Positions 1-12,400 of a DNA stretch of 64,000 bases are shown here, one piece after another. How positions within the stretch are numbered: the stretch's first letter is position 1; every line of letters begins with the position of its first letter. Source of the DNA: Azolla caroliniana (lineage: Eukaryota; Plantae; Polypodiophyta); contig JBHGNT010000008.1 in NCBI GenBank assembly GCA_043228905.1, positions 10,540,001 through 10,604,000 of the forward strand, written 5' to 3'. The notes below the pieces were generated by a model, which ran no database searches, was not told where the DNA came from, and saw only the letters and a list, made by a program, of their open reading frames with translations. The position numbers and the translations under genes were made by a program.

Positions 1-181
1 TTCGTTCTGTCTCCATCTGGTGTTCTATAGCTAATTACAATTCCTATGATTCTGTGGGTTTGTGCGCGTGTGAATTACATCGTAAGAGTCCTTCCCCTCC
101 CTTCATTCGGTTATTTCTCGGTCCTAGGCCCCGGTGGTCCCGCCTTGTTCTCCACGCACGTGCGTAAAAACGCGACATATT

Positions 182-198
182 TGGTGAACCCGACGTGA
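182..198 (+). promoter_or_regulatory. Primer-binding site complementary to the tRNA-Trp 3' end
   Basis: TGGTGAACCCGACGTGA is the reverse complement of plant tRNA-Trp ...TCACGTCGGGTTCA-CCA; identical PBS in element B at 16457-16473. Confidence 0.88.
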
Positions 199-221
199 AC
201 AGGCAATAGAGGAATAGAAAG

Positions 222-2333
222 ATGAGAGGGTCGGATCTTGCAGAAGCCATGGCTTCGGCTGTGGATCGGATAGTGAGTGCGCGCGAAGGTACAGGCGCCC
301 TCGATAGGGCTATTGAAGCAGTCATTGGCACGATAGGCCGGTTCGGTGGGAAGGACTCCACGAGCTATTTGGAGGCCTACCGAGCCGAAATGGTAATGAG
401 GAACATCCCGGAGGACAGGCGACTGGCCTGATTCCCTCAGGTGGCGATGCCGGGCATCAACGCGAAGGTGCTTGAGGTACGGGCTGAGAGTCGGACCTGG
501 GAAGAGTTTGAAGGTCGGCTCCTTGAAAAATACGGGCTTGATGACGCGCTTCGGTTGTCGAAGCGGGACTTCATGGAATGGGTGGAGACCCCCGAAAAGG
601 GGAGGAACGCGTTGGTGCTCCTTCGGGAGTTTGAAGAACGCTTCGCACGACTTTCGGTGGTGGACCGGACCGTGTTGGACACGAGTCGTGTCCTATTGTT
701 CATTAAATTGGTGGACACAAGGGACCAAGAGCAAGTGGGCTTCCTACTGGAGACCGATGACGACCTAACAACCGACTGGGCCGTGGTAAAGAGAGTTTGC
801 GGCTGTTTTGACAAACGGCGTGAGTGGGTCGATAAAGGCTTGACGGGGGCGGGTTCTGTTGCAACAAGGTCAAGGTACCCCCATCGGCGCGAAGGGAAGA
901 GACCCGAGATTGGCTCGACTTCGACCGACATGGTCAAAAGCTCATCCGAAGGAGCGGCTCTAGAGGAGCTGACTCAGATGGTGAGGGACCTTCAGATCGC
1001 ACAAGCATAGAGGGACGGCAACAAACAAATCCGTGACCGAAGGCCTCCGGCTGGGAACCGGTGTTTGTGGTGCGACGCGGTCGGCCACGCTTGAAAGGAC
1101 TACGGGGACTTCGCCAAAGCGATAAGATCTAACGTGGTGTACCTATGGAACGGTCGGGTGCACGCTAGCGAGACCCGGAGGGCCCTGGATCTGAATGTCG
1201 GATGAGGGGGTATCAAACGGCTGATGGAAGAAGCGGTGGCTCGTCATGCGAAGACCATCCATTACTTGGCGTCGGCTAGAATCCAGGTCGGAAGCGATGA
1301 AGACTGGAAGACGAAAGAAGCTGGATTCTGGCCGGCGATGCTGGAAGGCCTAGCCGGCATAAGGCTGAAGAAAGAGGAAGCGAACCGTGCGGAAAGATGG
1401 GTCCGGGAGGTAACCGGGTGGAGTGACCCGGTCGAGGAGAACACGGGCTTTGTGGAAGCCGTGTGCCAGAACTACGAGGTTCTAGTGGAAGACAAGCGAG
1501 CAGGAAGGACCGAGGGGGCCGGATCCTCACAATGGTATGAGACCCGGTTCGGGCCGAAGCAGAGTGGTGTCGGTGCATCCGGCGCACCGGACAAGGCCAA
1601 GAAGGCCGGTTATCGGTTGAGAAAGGAGATCGAAAGGACCACGGACCTACGAAAGGTCTTGGAGGAACGGATCCTCGACAGCAAAGTGGAGTTGTCCCTG
1701 AGGGAAGTGCTCGATGTCGCCAAGAAGGAGTTCCACGACTCCATCGTAGACTTGGTGAAGCGGAAAAGGCTTTCAACGGAGCCAGAGCCGGAGAAGCCGA
1801 TGGAGGTGCGAACAACGCACCTAGAAGACATGGCCCTGGCGAACGAGTTGGCGGAAAGCCACTAATCGAGGATACCTTGGGCTAGGGCCACTATGGAAAC
1901 CCATGTTTGGATCGGGGACGTCCATGAGCCGGTGGTGGCATTGGTAGACCACGGTCCGGAGATCAACTTGATGTTCATGGACTTCTACAGGAAGGGAAAG
2001 TGGTCGATCAACACCGAGCACATGTGGAAGATACGGGCAGCAACGCGCGCCACGGAGGAGCTACACGGAGCCTGCCCGAATGTATGAGTAAAAATTGGCG
2101 ATGTCGAGATCGACCAACACTTCTTCGTGCAGGAGATGTCCTCGCATCCGGTGATACTCGGAGAACCGTACATCACGGCGACACGCATGGAGACAAAGGT
2201 GTTGGACAACGGTTCGGCATATGCACGAGTCAAGATCCAGGATGGGCGCCACTCAGTCCAGTTCCTGACGGTGCGACCGAACCATGAGCGTAACCGCCAG
2301 ACCCTTGGTGCCGAAAACCGAGGAGATTTTTAG
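222..2333 (+). pseudogene. gag: Gag-protease of element A (multiple in-frame stops)
   Basis: Same-frame ORF pieces 222-431, 441-1010, 1224-1865, 1893-2087 and 2127-2333 align to intact Gag-PR of B; protease motif ALVDHGPEINLM. Confidence 0.9.
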
Positions 2334-5300
2334 AGAGGGCTATCAAGGCGTGGGGCCCCGATAGTCCGGACACCCCAGGGAAACCCCACAGATGTACTAT
2401 AGGCGAAAAAACCTGTACCAAAGGTAGAAAATTTTGGTTCTCTGATAGCGGAGGTTGTACGATAGCCGGCGTAGTTGGCCGGGAAAAGAAGCGGGAGCAG
2501 GAACGATTTCGGGCATGGGGAGTCCTCGGCCCTGAAGAGGAAATCAACGGAGTCATGGAGGCGGTCTCTTTCGACGACACCTTGGGGAAGTTATGGGAGG
2601 TGTTCGGAGAAGGCCTTAATGAGGACCGAACGATTCCGGTATGCTTGGAAAAGATGTACGAAGTCATCGCCGACTTCGGTAGTGGACTCGAGTCGGATCG
2701 GACGACCCAAGTGGATACGAAGTACAAGATTGTGAACCGGAAGGTGAGGCCAGTTGCGGCACTGTTGCCGAAGGGCAGTGAAGAGTGGATAAAGGGGGTC
2801 ACGTCGGACCCAAGTTTACGGAATCCCGCCGGCATAGGGCACTGTGGTTCACCAACATAACGCTACGGGAGCTCAAGGTAGGTGGGGGTGGCTTTCTACT
2901 GCTAGAGGAGAAGGACTGGTTTCGGAGGATGCTCAGAAGGCACGGGAAGGCCTTCGCGTTCTCACCGGAGGAGATCGGGTGCCTAGACCCGAAAGTTGTG
3001 GAACCAATGGTGATCTTCACGGTACCGCATGTGCCATGGAATCTCAAACCGATTCCGGTACCCAAAGCTCACATCCCGAAGCTGATAGAGCTGCTGAAAC
3101 AGAAGGTGGAGATGGGCATCCTCGAACCATCGAGTGCCCCATATTCAAATCGGTGGTTTACCGTGCCGAAGAAGAATAGCACACTGCGATTCATACAAGA
3201 CCTGCAACCGGTCAACAAGGTGACCATTCGAAACGCAGGTATCGGATCGACCATCGATGAGTTCGCGGAGGCGTTCGCAGGGAGGTCGATCTACTCAGTC
3301 GGGGACTTGTACTTAGGCTACGATCAGTTCCAGCTAGCCATAGAGAGCAGGGATATCACGATGATGCGGACTCCTCTCGGCCTAGTTCGGATGTGTACCC
3401 TGTCGCAAGGAGGAACAAACTCGGTGGCACACATGGTGAATGCGATGAACACGGTATTGAGGGACTGCATCCCGGACATCACCATGCCATTTCTGGATGA
3501 CATCTCGATCAAAGGATGTCCGGTGGAAGACAAGGACGAGTCTGTCGGGCCCGATGGTTGCCGGAGGTTCGTAATGGATCACATCCGTGACTGCAAGAAG
3601 GTGCTACAAAGACTCAAGAGCACACAACTCACCTTCTCCGGAGAAAAATCAGCATTCGGGCAGCCGGAGATCCTGGTAGTCGGACACCTGTACTGGCCCT
3701 ATGGCTGGAAACCGTCCCCGGCAAAGGTAGAAGCCATCTCCGTGATGAAGGACGATTGCGGGTTGGTTACGGAGGTCCGCAGGTTCTTGGGTGCGTGCGC
3801 GTTCTACCACATCTGGATTCCGCACTACGCACACGTTGCGGAACCGCTCTATGGGCTATTGAAGAAAGGGCGTAGGTTCGAGTGGAGCACGGAGCACACG
3901 GAGTCGGTTCAGAGGCTGAAGGAGGCGCTTGCTGCAACGTCGGCTCTCCGGAAAGCAGTTTATGACAGGGAAATCCCCATCTACGTGACAGTGGACACGA
4001 GCCCAACTGGGATCGGGTGGGTGACCAATCAGGAGGACAAGGACGACGTACGGTTCCTGATCCGGTTCGGGGCGAAGGTATTGAGCGAGCGGTAGCGAGG
4101 ATACGCCCAAGTTAAGCGCGAGCTGTGGGGTATCGTATCGGCAGTCAAGGCCGACAAGGACTATCTGATCGGGACGGAAGTGACCATCGAGACGGACTGC
4201 CTACCGATTCTAGGTATGGTCTTCGGATGTGCGACTTCGGACCTGGCGATGCTCAGGTGGATCGCATACATCAAGTCCCTGAACCCGGAGATACGACACA
4301 TCTCCGGAAAAGAAAATGCCATGGCCGATATGCTTTCGAGGGCGCGATTTAGTGACGAGGACGACATGGTTTCGGATAATGAGGAAGTCGGCGAGGATTT
4401 CTTCGGGTCAACCAACATAACATCAAGAAAGGGGAGCACTCCGGCACTTAACAAATTCGACGAGAGCAAGTACGACGGGGAGTGGCTCCAGATCGGCGGG
4501 TTCTTGAAGGCAATGACACCGGACACGACATGGACGAAGGAAGAGGCCAACCAGATTCGGAAGAAAGCATACCGATTCTTTCTACGGGACGTGAGCATAT
4601 GGAAGCACCCGAAGAGGAGAGACGGCATCCAGCTCCGAGTGGTGGCGAGGAAAGAGGAACAAGAAGAATTGTTGAAGGCGTACCACGAGAGTCCCTAGGC
4701 CGGACACTGCGGGACATGGGCCACATTCGAGAAGCTAAAGGCGAAGTACTGGTGGCCGGGACTATATCGGGACGTGCATCGGTTCGTGACGACTTGTGAG
4801 AGCTGTCAGGTGCACTCCATAGTCGGACATCGCGACAAGCTCCACCCGGCCTACCCTCCGACCGTCCACTTCAAGTGGATGGTGGATCTGGTGACGATGC
4901 CGATGGGGGTAGGACAGATGCGGTATCTGGTGCTGGCTCAAGAGGACCTGATGAACCAGGTGGAAGGTCGAGCGTTGCAGAGCAAAACGACCACGGCCGT
5001 GTGCCGATTTCTGATCGAAAAAGTGGTGTGCCGGTACGGGTGCGTAGGTAAGATCGTGGCCGACCGCGGGGAATTGGACGCGCAAGAGGTGGAAGAGCTG
5101 TTTGACCGAGTAGGAATTAAGCTCTCGCTCACCACGGCGTACAATCCGGAGCTAACGGGAAGGTGGAGCGCGGACACGAGCCGATCGTCAAAGCGTTGGT
5201 ACGGGCATGTGGAGGCCATGTTGGGAACTGGCCGCGGCTCTTATCCTATGCGTTGTGCGCGGACCGAACTACGCACAGTTCGGTAACCGGGTTCATGCCG

Positions 5301-5819
5301 GTAGAGCTAATGTACGGGCAGAAGCCGATCATGCCAACGGAGCAGACAACCTCCTCATGGGCCACGGTGGACTGGAACAATGAGATGAGCCGAGAGGAGC
5401 TATTAGCGGCACGGATTCAGCAGCTGGAACGAAGACTGGAGGACGTGGGCCGAGCTGTGGAGAAGCTACGAGTGGCGAGGGTAAAGAACAAAGGACGGTT
5501 CGACCGGACTCACTGACTGAGACCAAAGAAGATCGAGGAAGGCGAATGGGTTCTAGTGTATGACAGCAGCCTCGACAACCAACACCGGGCAACGCGGAAG
5601 TTTGCAAGAAGGTGGTTTGGGCCTTATGCGGTGACGAGCGCCAACGGCAATGGGACCTACCATCTCGCAGAGCTCGACGGGACAAGGATGGCGGTACCGG
5701 TGGCGGGGAAAAGGATCAAAGCCTTCAAAAAACGGTACGAGGCTGAACTGGACCCGGGCGACCTGGATAGCGACACCTATCGGCTCGGGATGGATGCCGA
5801 TCCGGAAGACGAAGGATAA
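2324..5819 (+). pseudogene. pol: RT-RNaseH-integrase of element A (disrupted)
   Basis: ORF pieces 2555-2860, 2785-4095, 4180-4698, 4774-5286, 5163-5516 and 5556-5819, homologous to pol of B. Confidence 0.92.
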
Positions 5820-5893
5820 GCGTGGGCCGTTCTTCTCCAGCAGGAATCTCATTTTGGCGCATATCGGTGGATGCGCGCTTAGGTGGGGGCGGA

Positions 5894-6595
5894 TGTCGTG
5901 GAGAAAACCGTCCCTAGGCAAAAACCGAGTATAACATGCGTAAACCGGCCTTTACACGTGGGCACAAGTTTTGTTGTGTAGTACGTAGGTAGGTACAAAT
6001 CGCCTGAGGCGAAATCCTAGGTAGTACGTGTTCGGTAGGGAGGAAATCGAGGCGTATCCTTGTCCAAAAGGACAAGGAATAAACATGATGTAACGAGTGG
6101 TAACGGCCTCCCTCGGGTTATAAAAGAGAGGAAGAAGTGAGACCAAAGGTATAGCGTTTTGGGGAGGACGAAGTGTTGCCAGATTGGAACCGAGCGCTTC
6201 TCCTCTCCTCTGTAGTCTCCATAATCATTCTGTGCAGGTTTCGGGAGGCTAACTCTGTTCCGCGGGACGCCCGAGTGCTCCCGACAGAGCCTCCATCTCG
6301 CTTCATGTCTCTGTTTATGTGTGTGTGCGTGTGCGTGTAGGCGTCGGAACCCATCACTCGCCGGCTTGCCGGTTGTAACACCTTGATTTATATATATATA
6401 TATATATATACACAAACATTCGTTCTGTCTCCATCTGGCGTTCTGTAGCGTATTGCAATTCCTGTGATTCTGTGGGTCTGTGCGCGTGTGAATTACATCG
6501 TAAGAGTCCTTCCCCTCCCTTCATTTGGTTATTTCTCGGTCCTAGGCTCCGGTGCTCCCGCCTCGTTCTCCACACACGTGCGTAACAACACGACA
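5894..6595 (+). repeat. 3' LTR of element A
   Basis: TGTCGT...ACGACA termini; distal part repeats 1-177 with many substitutions; internal (TA)n at ~6390-6410. Confidence 0.92.
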
Positions 6596-7949
6596 ACGTA
6601 CCTCAAGAGCACTTTGAGATTGCCGAAGTTCGGTCATTTGTTGAGCGGTGAAACTAAGGTATTGGGTTATTTGCGAAAAATACATCTCAATGGACATTTC
6701 TCCAAGAGGATTCCCTTGAGTTCCTTCCGCTTGAGCGAAGGACATCTAGTCGTTATTTTGAGCCATTAAATGATTATTTCTGGAAAAGAAATAGGATAAG
6801 GTCAGAGAGATAGTCATAACATCATGTCGTGATGTAAACCTATCATGGGCGAACATTAATCGATATCATTATCTCACGTCAATACCCCTCTAGACATATG
6901 AGATGAGGTTCAAGATCAGGTTACTATGGTAACACAAAGGTGTTTTAAAAACCATGGGGGTGACAATTTAATGTCTTTCCCTTATCTCTATATCGATTTT
7001 TTCATGGCGGCTCCCTGAGGCTCAACCATGTATGTTCACGTCATGAATAGTTTATACACGAAAAAAATGTTAACAATAAACTATGTTTCGGTGCCCAGAT
7101 ATGTGGTTTCGGCTCTTTAAGTCCTATTACAAGGACCCCGAACTGCACTTTGACCTCAAGTCTAAACATGTGTTATAGTCATATGTATCAACGATGTTGT
7201 ATGGTCTTGGTCATATTTGAACTCGAGACCTCGAGAACAAATACATTAAACATTTGAGCCAACCAAGTAAGTTGCTCTTCTTGAATGTTTAATGTTTCAT
7301 GCGTATAAGAGATATGCGAGCCATTTGCCCATATATGTTTTTTTAAAAGAAACATATATGTCAAGAGTCCTTATTTCGCCCTCATTTACTACAACTATGT
7401 TGGTACGTTACCTAACCTCAAGTCTCGTAATTACGATGGCATACACCAAAGTGCAACCTAATGGTCAAGCCAAATGAGCCCTCTTTTCGTAGTAGGCCTA
7501 CGTGGCCCATCACATGGTCACGTCATTACGAATGCCTCTCATAAGAATGATCTCATGGTGGCATCGTATCCTTGTAATGAGGGAGGGATGTTGGATACGT
7601 GTGTCATAAGAGCGACCTCACATGAAGTGGGTTAAACCCTACGTACTCAACATCATTATGGCTATTGGCATTTCTTTACGTAACGAAATATCGAAGTCAC
7701 CAACGGGGATTTCAACAATAAAAAATTGTTGAAAAAAGGGATGGTGACAACACGATTCTCATAAAAATGTGAGGACGGCCACCAAGAACCTTTCCCCGAA
7801 AAGGAAAACATTCAATTTAAAATCACGTAATAACTTATATACACATATGTATATTATCACATATATACGATCAACTACGTATACATGTGACCACATATGC
7901 CTATATTAAAGAAATCGTTATATTTAATAGCCAAAAATGATGTAATCGA

Positions 7950-8210
7950 GATACGTAATTGAGGCATATACCTCTACGCACACGAGACATCCAAAAATAA
8001 GGGTTCAACGTAATACGTAATTGAGGTATTGACCTCTTATGCATACGAGACCAAACGCATATCATTTACAACAAAATCGAGGTGTTGAGCTCATACGCCA
8101 ATGTAACATATGTTCGTGAATGTAATACGTAATTGAGGTATTAACCTCGTACGCATACGACACTCATCACATATTATTTATATGTCAAACGAGGTATTGA
8201 CCTCGTGCAC
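7950..8210. repeat. Imperfect tandem repeats (~5 copies) with a GAGG-N5/6-CCTC mini-hairpin core
   Basis: TACGTAATTGAGGTATTGACCTC-like units at ~7952, 8014, 8079, 8126 and 8190. Confidence 0.7.
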
Positions 8211-8910
8211 ATATGTAAGCGTTTTAGATAACCAATTAAATACCACTACAACATCATTTAATTAATGAAAATAATCTACATATTAATCATACACATGATT
8301 AGACTGGAGAAGAAAAAATAGACAAAAAATAACAAGAAAGATTACCGAAGTTCCTTGTTGATCCATATCTGCATGAAGAACAACCGCACAACGATCGATC
8401 GCCATCCATCGAGAAGATAAGACCAACAAAAGAAACATTAGTACATAGGCTCGGATACCAAATATTAGAGACATGTACTAAAGTAAGCATTAGATAAGGA
8501 TAGATCTAGGTAGATAGAAAGAAAGGAGAGAGAGAAAGAATGGTGTTGATCCACCCAACCACCCCCGAGCAAAGGGATCAAGACGGACTCGAGCCTTGAT
8601 CGGCGTCCCATACCACCACTGTGGCATTGAGTGGTACCTGGTGCTGGCGTGCTCGCTACAAGAGTTGACCTACCACAAGACAGAGTCTCGACGTAGTCAA
8701 CTAGATAATGAAATGAGGGTAGCTAGGCCTCTATTTATAGCGATACCCAAGGCCCCCAGCCATGTTCACACTTGGCCTAATGGGTTGTCTCAATCCCGAG
8801 GATTTAAAAGTAATCCTCCCCTTCTTTACACTTTCGTCTAACCCTCACACTTATCCACCTGTATAGAATACTACGGTAAATTCTGACCACGGGATATTAT
8901 ATGGTCATGC

Positions 8911-9490
8911 CTGTAACAATCACACTGACCGGTGTGGTTGAAGACAAGGCTAACTAGTCAGATCGACCTAATGGTCGACAATAGTAGTCAGCCAGTTGGC
9001 TAATCGGATCGACTAAATAGTTGACAATAGGAGTGGACTAGTCAGACCGACTAGACTATTGATTTGTGGGTCGGATAGTCAAGTCGACAAGTCGGTCGAT
9101 TAATTATTATTATTATATTATAATAATATCTTAGTCACATCTATAAATGTGGATCTAGGGCAAACTTTAGAATGATGAAAAAGGTGTAGAACATAGTGTC
9201 AACAAATAGTGGATATACAGAGAGAGTAGGGATTAGACAAGACTGAGAGTGAAGGAAGGCATAGTGAGTGATATTTGCCATTGAAACCCTAAGTGGTGGA
9301 TACTCTGTTATGTAGATTTTTTTAATCTATTCTTCCCTCTTGTATCTCTGATATATAGTGCAAAACTATTGCCCCGTGGTTTTCCTTGTTGTACGGTTTC
9401 CACGTAAACAAGTGTGTACTATGCATTTTGTTTTCTGTTTTGTATTTTCCAGTCTATCTTTCTCGTAAATCTACAGTCCTAAACTCAACA
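8911..9490 (+). mobile_element. Probable old solo LTR (copia-like)
   Basis: TG...CA ends, CTATAAAT at ~9141, GCCCCGTGGTTTTCC...GGTTTCCACGTAAA motif typical of Tnt1/Tork-type LTRs; no TSD found and the start is uncertain. Confidence 0.45.
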
Positions 9491-12400
9491 TCTCCTTAGC
9501 ACCTTATCGCGATAGACAAAAGTGATAGATAATATACAACAAGACACCATATGCCAGCTCCGCCCCTGGTGTTACTCAAGTTTTTTTGTCATCAGTTGAA
9601 CTAGAAGACTCATATTCAGACATTTTTGTGATCTTTGTTTTGGCATGGCTCGACTGGATAACAACTTCTTGTGTTGCTATCTTCATTGGTGATGGTTACA
9701 CCTCTTTTAATGAAAGATGGCCTTAAATGTATGGTCTCAATGTTGTAATCAAATTATTGGATGTTTCGATCGTGACTTTAAAAGATTCAGGGCCACAGGA
9801 ATCTTTTATAAGTCAATCTTCAGACACATACATTTTTCGTACTCCCTGAGAAAAGTCTACCAACAATATTAAATTAAGGGATTCGAGGTCTTTGTAGTCA
9901 AGCCATAAGATCCAGCTAGAACTAAATGGGCGTTCCTTGTTGAGTTTACCCTAACCCTTATTTCTTGTGGTCAACAAAACAACTTTTTTGTTCGGGTCAA
10001 CATATTTCATTATCTCTGTCTGGTAAATCTTCCTCCCCTATTGTTGCCACCATCTTCTTATGACTAACTTTGTCTGATGTTTGCTCGATAAGTCTTCATT
10101 AAATAGTAATTTTTTGCCCTTTTTGGTGTTTGTGAAGACATGTTGTTTAGAGGCCTCTACTAGGGAGCTTTTATACCTCAACCGTATCTTCTTTTTAGGA
10201 CGTTCAACCCGATTCTCGGCAAACCTATTATAAGGAAGAGATTCTAGAGTTAGGACTACATTCTGTGAACATGAATAATGGACATATGTGAAATATCCTA
10301 GACTTATGTTTAAACAAAGAGACTGTCTTAGACAATTTTATCTAAAAGCAAACGAGAAGAGGCAATTTGAACTAAAACTCATGTTTTTGCATTTCAAATG
10401 GCCATAATGAATATGAAATAGGTATTAGTATAGATTATCTTTGAAACCGGTGTTTAAAAGGCATCAATATAAGAAATCTAGTCTAAAACCATTGTTTCTT
10501 TGTTTAAAATGGCCATCATGATCACGAAATAGCTATTGGTCTTTAGCCACAAAAACATTTGCTAAGTACATCAACTCGATACAAAGTATTGATTTCGTAG
10601 TAAAAAAATGAAAAGGGAAACTTTCAACACCAATTCGATACAATGCATCGAGTTGGTGTTGAAACAATCAACATTGTCTCGATGCATTGTAACGAGTTGG
10701 CCCCTTGCCAACTCGATACACTATATGGAGTTGGGATGTGGAGTCAGTGTTATTTTGAAAATCTTGAGAAGTCTATAGAACTAGGCTCTACTGACCTCAA
10801 TTCGGTGTGGTTGGTCTTCTTGGTTGACATGTTGTTTTTTTAGTATGATTGTGTCACTTATGTCTTCATTTTAGGATTAATGATCTTGGTTATTAGATAT
10901 GGTATTAGAGCGGTTTTAATCCTAAAAATATAATGTTTGATTGGATTTGTGTTGTGTGCCTTAGTACGAAAAAATATGATATTTTTTTACATACTAATGT
11001 ATGTTTAATGATGGATTGGGGAAGTGTCGAAAATGCCACGGAGATTCCGTTTGGGGGTGATGTGTTGATGTGCAGTGTATTGTAGGGATTACGTATAATA
11101 CATATATTAAGGTTTTGACATGGACCTTATTACAACAAGATTTATGTGATGGGTTGGTTAGTAGATTCTTGTTATAACTTAAAAGAAAAGACTTTGAGTT
11201 TGATCCATTGATGCACAAAAGAAAATCAAGGGGTTAAAAAAAAAATCTATAAAATTATTGTTATTATTATTATGTGTTTGTTTTACGTTAACATATTTAA
11301 TATATATTTATTAAAATAAAAGCACCATAAATATGCTTATATTTTATTTTTCGTATACCCCGCTTGATCTGATGGCCATGCCCATTAGGCAGCTTTATGT
11401 GTGGAGATCGCATCTCTAGAGGTCGGCCACCTAGTATACTATAGGTGATGCTTGTTCATCTAATTTTCGATGAATTAATTGATGATCATCATATATATGG
11501 ATAATGACCATTGTTAATCAATTTTATTATTAGCCTAAAGAACTAGGGTGATGATCGTTGAATGTCGATAATCAATTGATCATCGACCCCAAAATGGTTC
11601 AAATGATGAGATGGAGAAATTGTTCCAGCTTTTATGCTATTGGGGACCACAACATAATTGGAATATGCGTGATGCTCTCATGTTTGATAGTAAACATGGG
11701 GTGAAAGCCTATTTGAAGAAGTTGAAAGGTATTCTTATGTGGAATTTCTGGATGTTACAGCATGTGAGGATCATTGTTGGGTGGACAAGCTCAACCAGAT
11801 CCTGATCGGCTGAACAAGCTAGAGCTAGATCGGTGTCCGAATGGTATCCATATCAGATTGTAACCGGTAGGCCGTTACAAGCCTATGAATCTAACCTAGT
11901 ACGTAGGCATATTTTTGGGAGTCAGTGTTCGTCGCTCGTATGAGCATTGAAGTACATGTCAATACTTCTGTCAGTCCTTCATGGACTTGTATAAAACTAC
12001 TCAGTGAGCACATTGTGTATACAGAGAGTTTTTAGTGTTTTGGAATACACACATTTCTGTGTTCTGCTCTAATTCTGTCTCTCCCGTGTAAGGTTTTCCA
12101 TTAAACCTGTGTCTATAATCTTTTACTATCCTGACAAACCGGTTTCATCTTAGGATCCACAATCGTATTCTTTTACATGGTATTAGAGCATGAGGTTGAC
12201 AACCTCTACAACCAACAAACGTTTTTTGAAGACAAACCCTAGCACACAGTAAAGAACAAACAAAAGAAAAATATGGACCGAGGAATGTCTAACTCGCTCC
12301 CGACGGAGAAGCTCGACAAATCCAAATATGCATCTTGTTCATACAAGATGCACCAGTAGCTGCTCAGGCATGGTTACTAGAGTTACGTCAACGGAACTCA

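Larger units (their letters stand above)
1..6595 (+). mobile_element. Ty3/gypsy LTR retrotransposon A (non-chromovirus, Phygy-like), decayed, 5' LTR cut by window edge
   Basis: 5' LTR ends ...CGCGACA at 177; PBS 182-198; gag-PR then RT(FLDD)-RH-INT(GPY) with stops and frameshifts; PPT AGGTGGGGGCGGA 5881-5893; 3' LTR TGTCGT...ACGACA 5894-6595, followed by ACGT. Confidence 0.95.

Noticed and set aside
7950-8210. CRISPR-like array
   Set aside because: Repeats are degenerate, spacers are related to each other, there are no cas genes, and the context is eukaryotic
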